Assembly (NCBI GenBank): GCA_051294375.1 | Contig: CM119268.1 | Coordinates: 5,241,843-5,253,428, forward strand | From: Paraspadella gotoi | Lineage: Eukaryota > Animalia > Chaetognatha | Reading direction: 5' to 3' | Length of the DNA: 11,586 nt | Shown here: piece after piece, positions 8,878-11,586 of the stretch | Numbering within the stretch: the stretch's first letter is position 1 | Layout of the letters: every line of letters starts with the position of its first letter | Made by a program: the position numbers and the translations under genes | The notes under the pieces: model-generated | The model's input: only the letters and a program-made list of their open reading frames with translations | Database searches by the model: none | Told to the model about the DNA's origin: nothing

Positions 8878-10907
8878 ATACAACTCGCAATTTTTATACT
8901 TGTAAACACTGTTGTTTTATTTTATAGTGTATTATTTCTTTTCTTCGGAAAATTATATGCTTTGCGAAATCGTGTAAAACTTGTCGTGATACTCTTATTT
9001 GATGTTCATACACAGCCTGTTTATATTTTCTTCCTCTGACCGAATCTTCAGCAATTTTAATTTGCTAGTTTAGTTTAGTTTCATAGTTTCCGCGAAGACC
9101 ATAAGTCAGATTAATCAAAAGAAGTTTATGAATGGAATACACGTAGCACAAGTCGGGAATGTAGCTACGGGTCATTATCCTCGAAAAGGTCCTCCGATGA
9201 CGTTCGGTCATATGGCCCTATCAACGATACTCATCTCTCTTCGTCAATGTGCAAAATCTAAGCGATCTTCATCCACATGCGAGATATCAACATATCTCAA
9301 ACATCAACAGCGCATCCACCAGCGTTCATTTCTGAGGTCTGCTGACTCCAGGGAGGTAGAGACTAAAAGTCTCAAAAAAAACCGCGCGATAGCCCTCATT
9401 GAAAATCGGTCTGTCTTTCAATCGACTCGGATACTCCCTGGAATCTCCGGTCAGAACTGCATCAGCAGAACTAGATACACGTGCCCACGATGCCGAGTTA
9501 TACTCCGGCACTATCGTGTTACCGTCAAGGATGCAGCACCTCGTCCGGAATTCTAAAAATATCTACAGATATCCACCCCACACAATAAGTTTGTTACACT
9601 TAGTGAGGACATCCTGTCGAACTCATCCGGACTATCTCCTATTAACAGCTCTATAAATCACCTGGATGCCTTCTCAGAAAATCATGGACATGTTGCACTC
9701 CATCTGTGTTGCTATTATCATATTAAAAGGATATGTACCGTATCTATATTCTATGGTGTAGCCTCTCTTATTTACTATTATCCCAACGTTTGCGTGTCTT
9801 TCGTATTCGCGAGCTATCATCCGTCCTCCCTCTCCCTCGCTTTAGCAGTTGTCTCCCTACTGCTTGCCTCACCTCCTCATAGCTCTCTCTATCTTAAGCC
9901 TCCCATACACCCGGACCATCCCATCTACGCTCACCGTCGCCAATCCTCCTCACCGTATCATGCTCAGTTAACATCTCCCATCCCTCAGCGCTCCCGCGTC
10001 AGCATACGAGCGTGGTACCGTCTCTCTCCAAGCGGCCGATACTCTCGCCGCCGTTTCGTCATCTCGATCTGCTGGTCTCTAACGGATTCGCAGGACACGC
10101 CATACATGCGCAGGCGCCTCCCGCGTCTCTCCCTCTCTCTCCCTCGCCCCTTCTCTCGTCCGTGTTCACGTAAAATGAAGTCAGAAATTATATTGTTTCC
10201 GCAGTGTTTTTTTTTTTGTCTTATCTCTTCTTCGCAGAAGAACGAGAAGGAGGATGAGAGAGACGAGCGCCGGTCTGTCGTCGTTTCGTCGTTTTGTATT
10301 GACTTTGTGCGTCCGTCCGTTCGGTCGTTCGATGGGAGGAGGGAGAGGGAGACAGTAAGAGGGAGAGGGAGGACGGATAAGTCGCGAGAAAGACAAACGT
10401 TGGATATATAAATATATATAACAAGAATCTTCCTTTAAATGATATAAAATTGTTCCAATTTTTGAGAGGCATGATTTTTATAGTTCGTCTATTGTAAAAT
10501 TGTTGTATTTAATTCGGTTTGGTAAACCAGAATTTTAATTTTCCTTTAAAGAATTTTCATGAGCTGCGCTTTTTAGAGACTTTTGTCTTCCTCTGAGCAG
10601 CTCAGAATGAACGATGTTATGTTTAATTTGATCTCATGTGGAGAATTCTTTCCTTGACGAAAGATTGACTGCTGACCTGAGTGTTTCCATTCATACTTCT
10701 TTTATCTGACTTGGTCTTCCGAAACTATAAATTGATATAAATATATAAATATAATATATAATATAAATTGATGATCAAGAGGAAGAAAATATAAACACTG
10801 GTATGAAAAACCAAATAAAGTACAACAGTTTTACAATAAAAATAATTTTCAAGAAAATATAAACTAAATAAAATACAACAATTTTACAATATAAAATTGG
10901 TTGTATT
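8878..10907. repeat. ~2-kb asymmetric fold-back: left arm is an insertion-expanded reverse complement of the right arm; probable long-read artefact
   Basis: Colinear inverted anchors: 9018-9037/10778-10797 (20/20), 9127-9137/10685-10695, 9365-9373/10576-10584, 9783-9792/10394-10403 and 9819-9838/10359-10378 (20/20). Confidence 0.92.
10490..10891. mobile_element. Candidate MITE (402 bp) bounded by a perfect 21-bp inverted repeat TATTGTAAAATTGTTGTATTT
   Basis: 10490-10510 is the exact reverse complement of 10871-10891. The outer TA could be a TA target-site duplication. The interior is non-coding. Confidence 0.4.
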
Positions 10908-11000
10908 GAAAAGAAAAGAAAAGAAAAGAAAAGAAAAGAAAAGAAAAGAAAAGAAAAGAAAAGAAAAGAAAAGAAAAGAAAAGAAAAGAAAAGAAAAGAA
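10908..11000. repeat. (GAAAA)n pentanucleotide microsatellite, ~18 units
   Basis: Perfect GAAAA repeat. Confidence 0.98.
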
Positions 11001-11049
11001 GATAAAAAGGGCGGGGGAAAAAAAGGGAGGTAATCAGTCGGGATTAACC

Positions 11050-11173
11050 GAAAAAGGAAAAGGTGAAGGAGAGAAGAGGAGGGAGAGGAGGAGGAGAGAA
11101 GAGGAGGGGGAGGAAGAGGAGGGGAAGGAGGAGCAGTATGAGGAAGAGGAGGCGGGGGAAGGCAATGGAAGAG
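11050..11173. repeat. GAG/GGA-rich polypurine low-complexity tract
   Basis: Almost exclusively A/G. Confidence 0.85.
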
Positions 11174-11524
11174 ATTCCTCTGTTGGTGACATTGAGATCT
11201 GGTGTTGGTTTGTCGAGCCGAAGATTAATGACCAAAAAAAAATTGAGATATTTAGTGGCGGAAGTTGAAAAAAGATGTAAAGTGGGTTTTTTTCATAACT
11301 TCGTTCAAGGCATTAGTTTGAAAGAGAATTTGGCTCTTTATTGTACTAATTGCGAATTAATAAAGATTATATGGCACCATTTTTTTTTTAAATTGAAGAG
11401 AAAGTTCGATTGAAAGAGGTAAGTATATTTCCACGAGGCCAAGTTGCTTCCACGCATCAGCAATTATCCTACCATTCATCGATCATCAAAGGATTCGACG
11501 ACATTGCAACGTCTCGATCGGTAA

Positions 11525-11586
11525 TCATTCGTTCGTTCGTTACTTATTCAATATTCATTCATTCGTTCGTTCATCCATTCGTTCAT
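11525..11586. repeat. Imperfect (TTCR)n tetranucleotide repeat, truncated by window end
   Basis: cattcgttcgttcgtt...attcattcattcgttcgttcatccattcgttcat. Confidence 0.85.

Noticed and set aside
9128-10411. ORFs 9128-9556, 9326-9511, 9399-9656 and 9794-10411 as novel proteins
   Set aside because: They lie in the insertion-corrupted arm of the fold-back, where inserted bases raise GC and remove stops; no recognisable motifs.
10897-11413. Lys/Arg/Glu-rich ORFs
   Set aside because: Derived from (GAAAA)n and a polypurine tract, which cannot contain stop codons; no ATG start or domain.

Overview
Gappy eukaryotic draft-assembly sequence, probably from an invertebrate animal (inferred from AT-rich background, no obvious CpG depletion, and abundant AG, GAC, GTT and GAAAA microsatellites). 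Eight N-gaps cover about 1,665 bp (~14%). The supplied ORFs are artefacts of N-runs, simple repeats or noisy sequence, and I see no prokaryotic genes, RNA genes or CRISPR array. Likely real biology: (i) two full-length, oppositely oriented copies of a DINE-1/HINE-like non-autonomous Helentron-type element (2326-2705 on +, 7082-7643 on -) whose subterminal inverted repeats co-vary by copy; (ii) a candidate 117-nt minus-strand exon encoding a poly-Ala peptide (1677-1793) that the ORF track does not show; (iii) a candidate MITE with a perfect 21-bp inverted repeat (10490-10891), a dispersed TTGGTTGTACCAATTTCAT motif, several minisatellites and a degenerate TTAGGG/TTAGG tract. The most striking large structures are a ~2-kb fold-back whose left arm is a ~1.9x insertion-expanded reverse complement of the right arm (8878-10907), a direct duplication across a gap (4643-5517) and a 120-bp inverted copy (5439-5920). 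These are indel-dominated and two of them abut gaps of exactly 25 N, so they are most likely unpolished long-read gap-fill artefacts. I cannot support a genuinely new biological system from this window.
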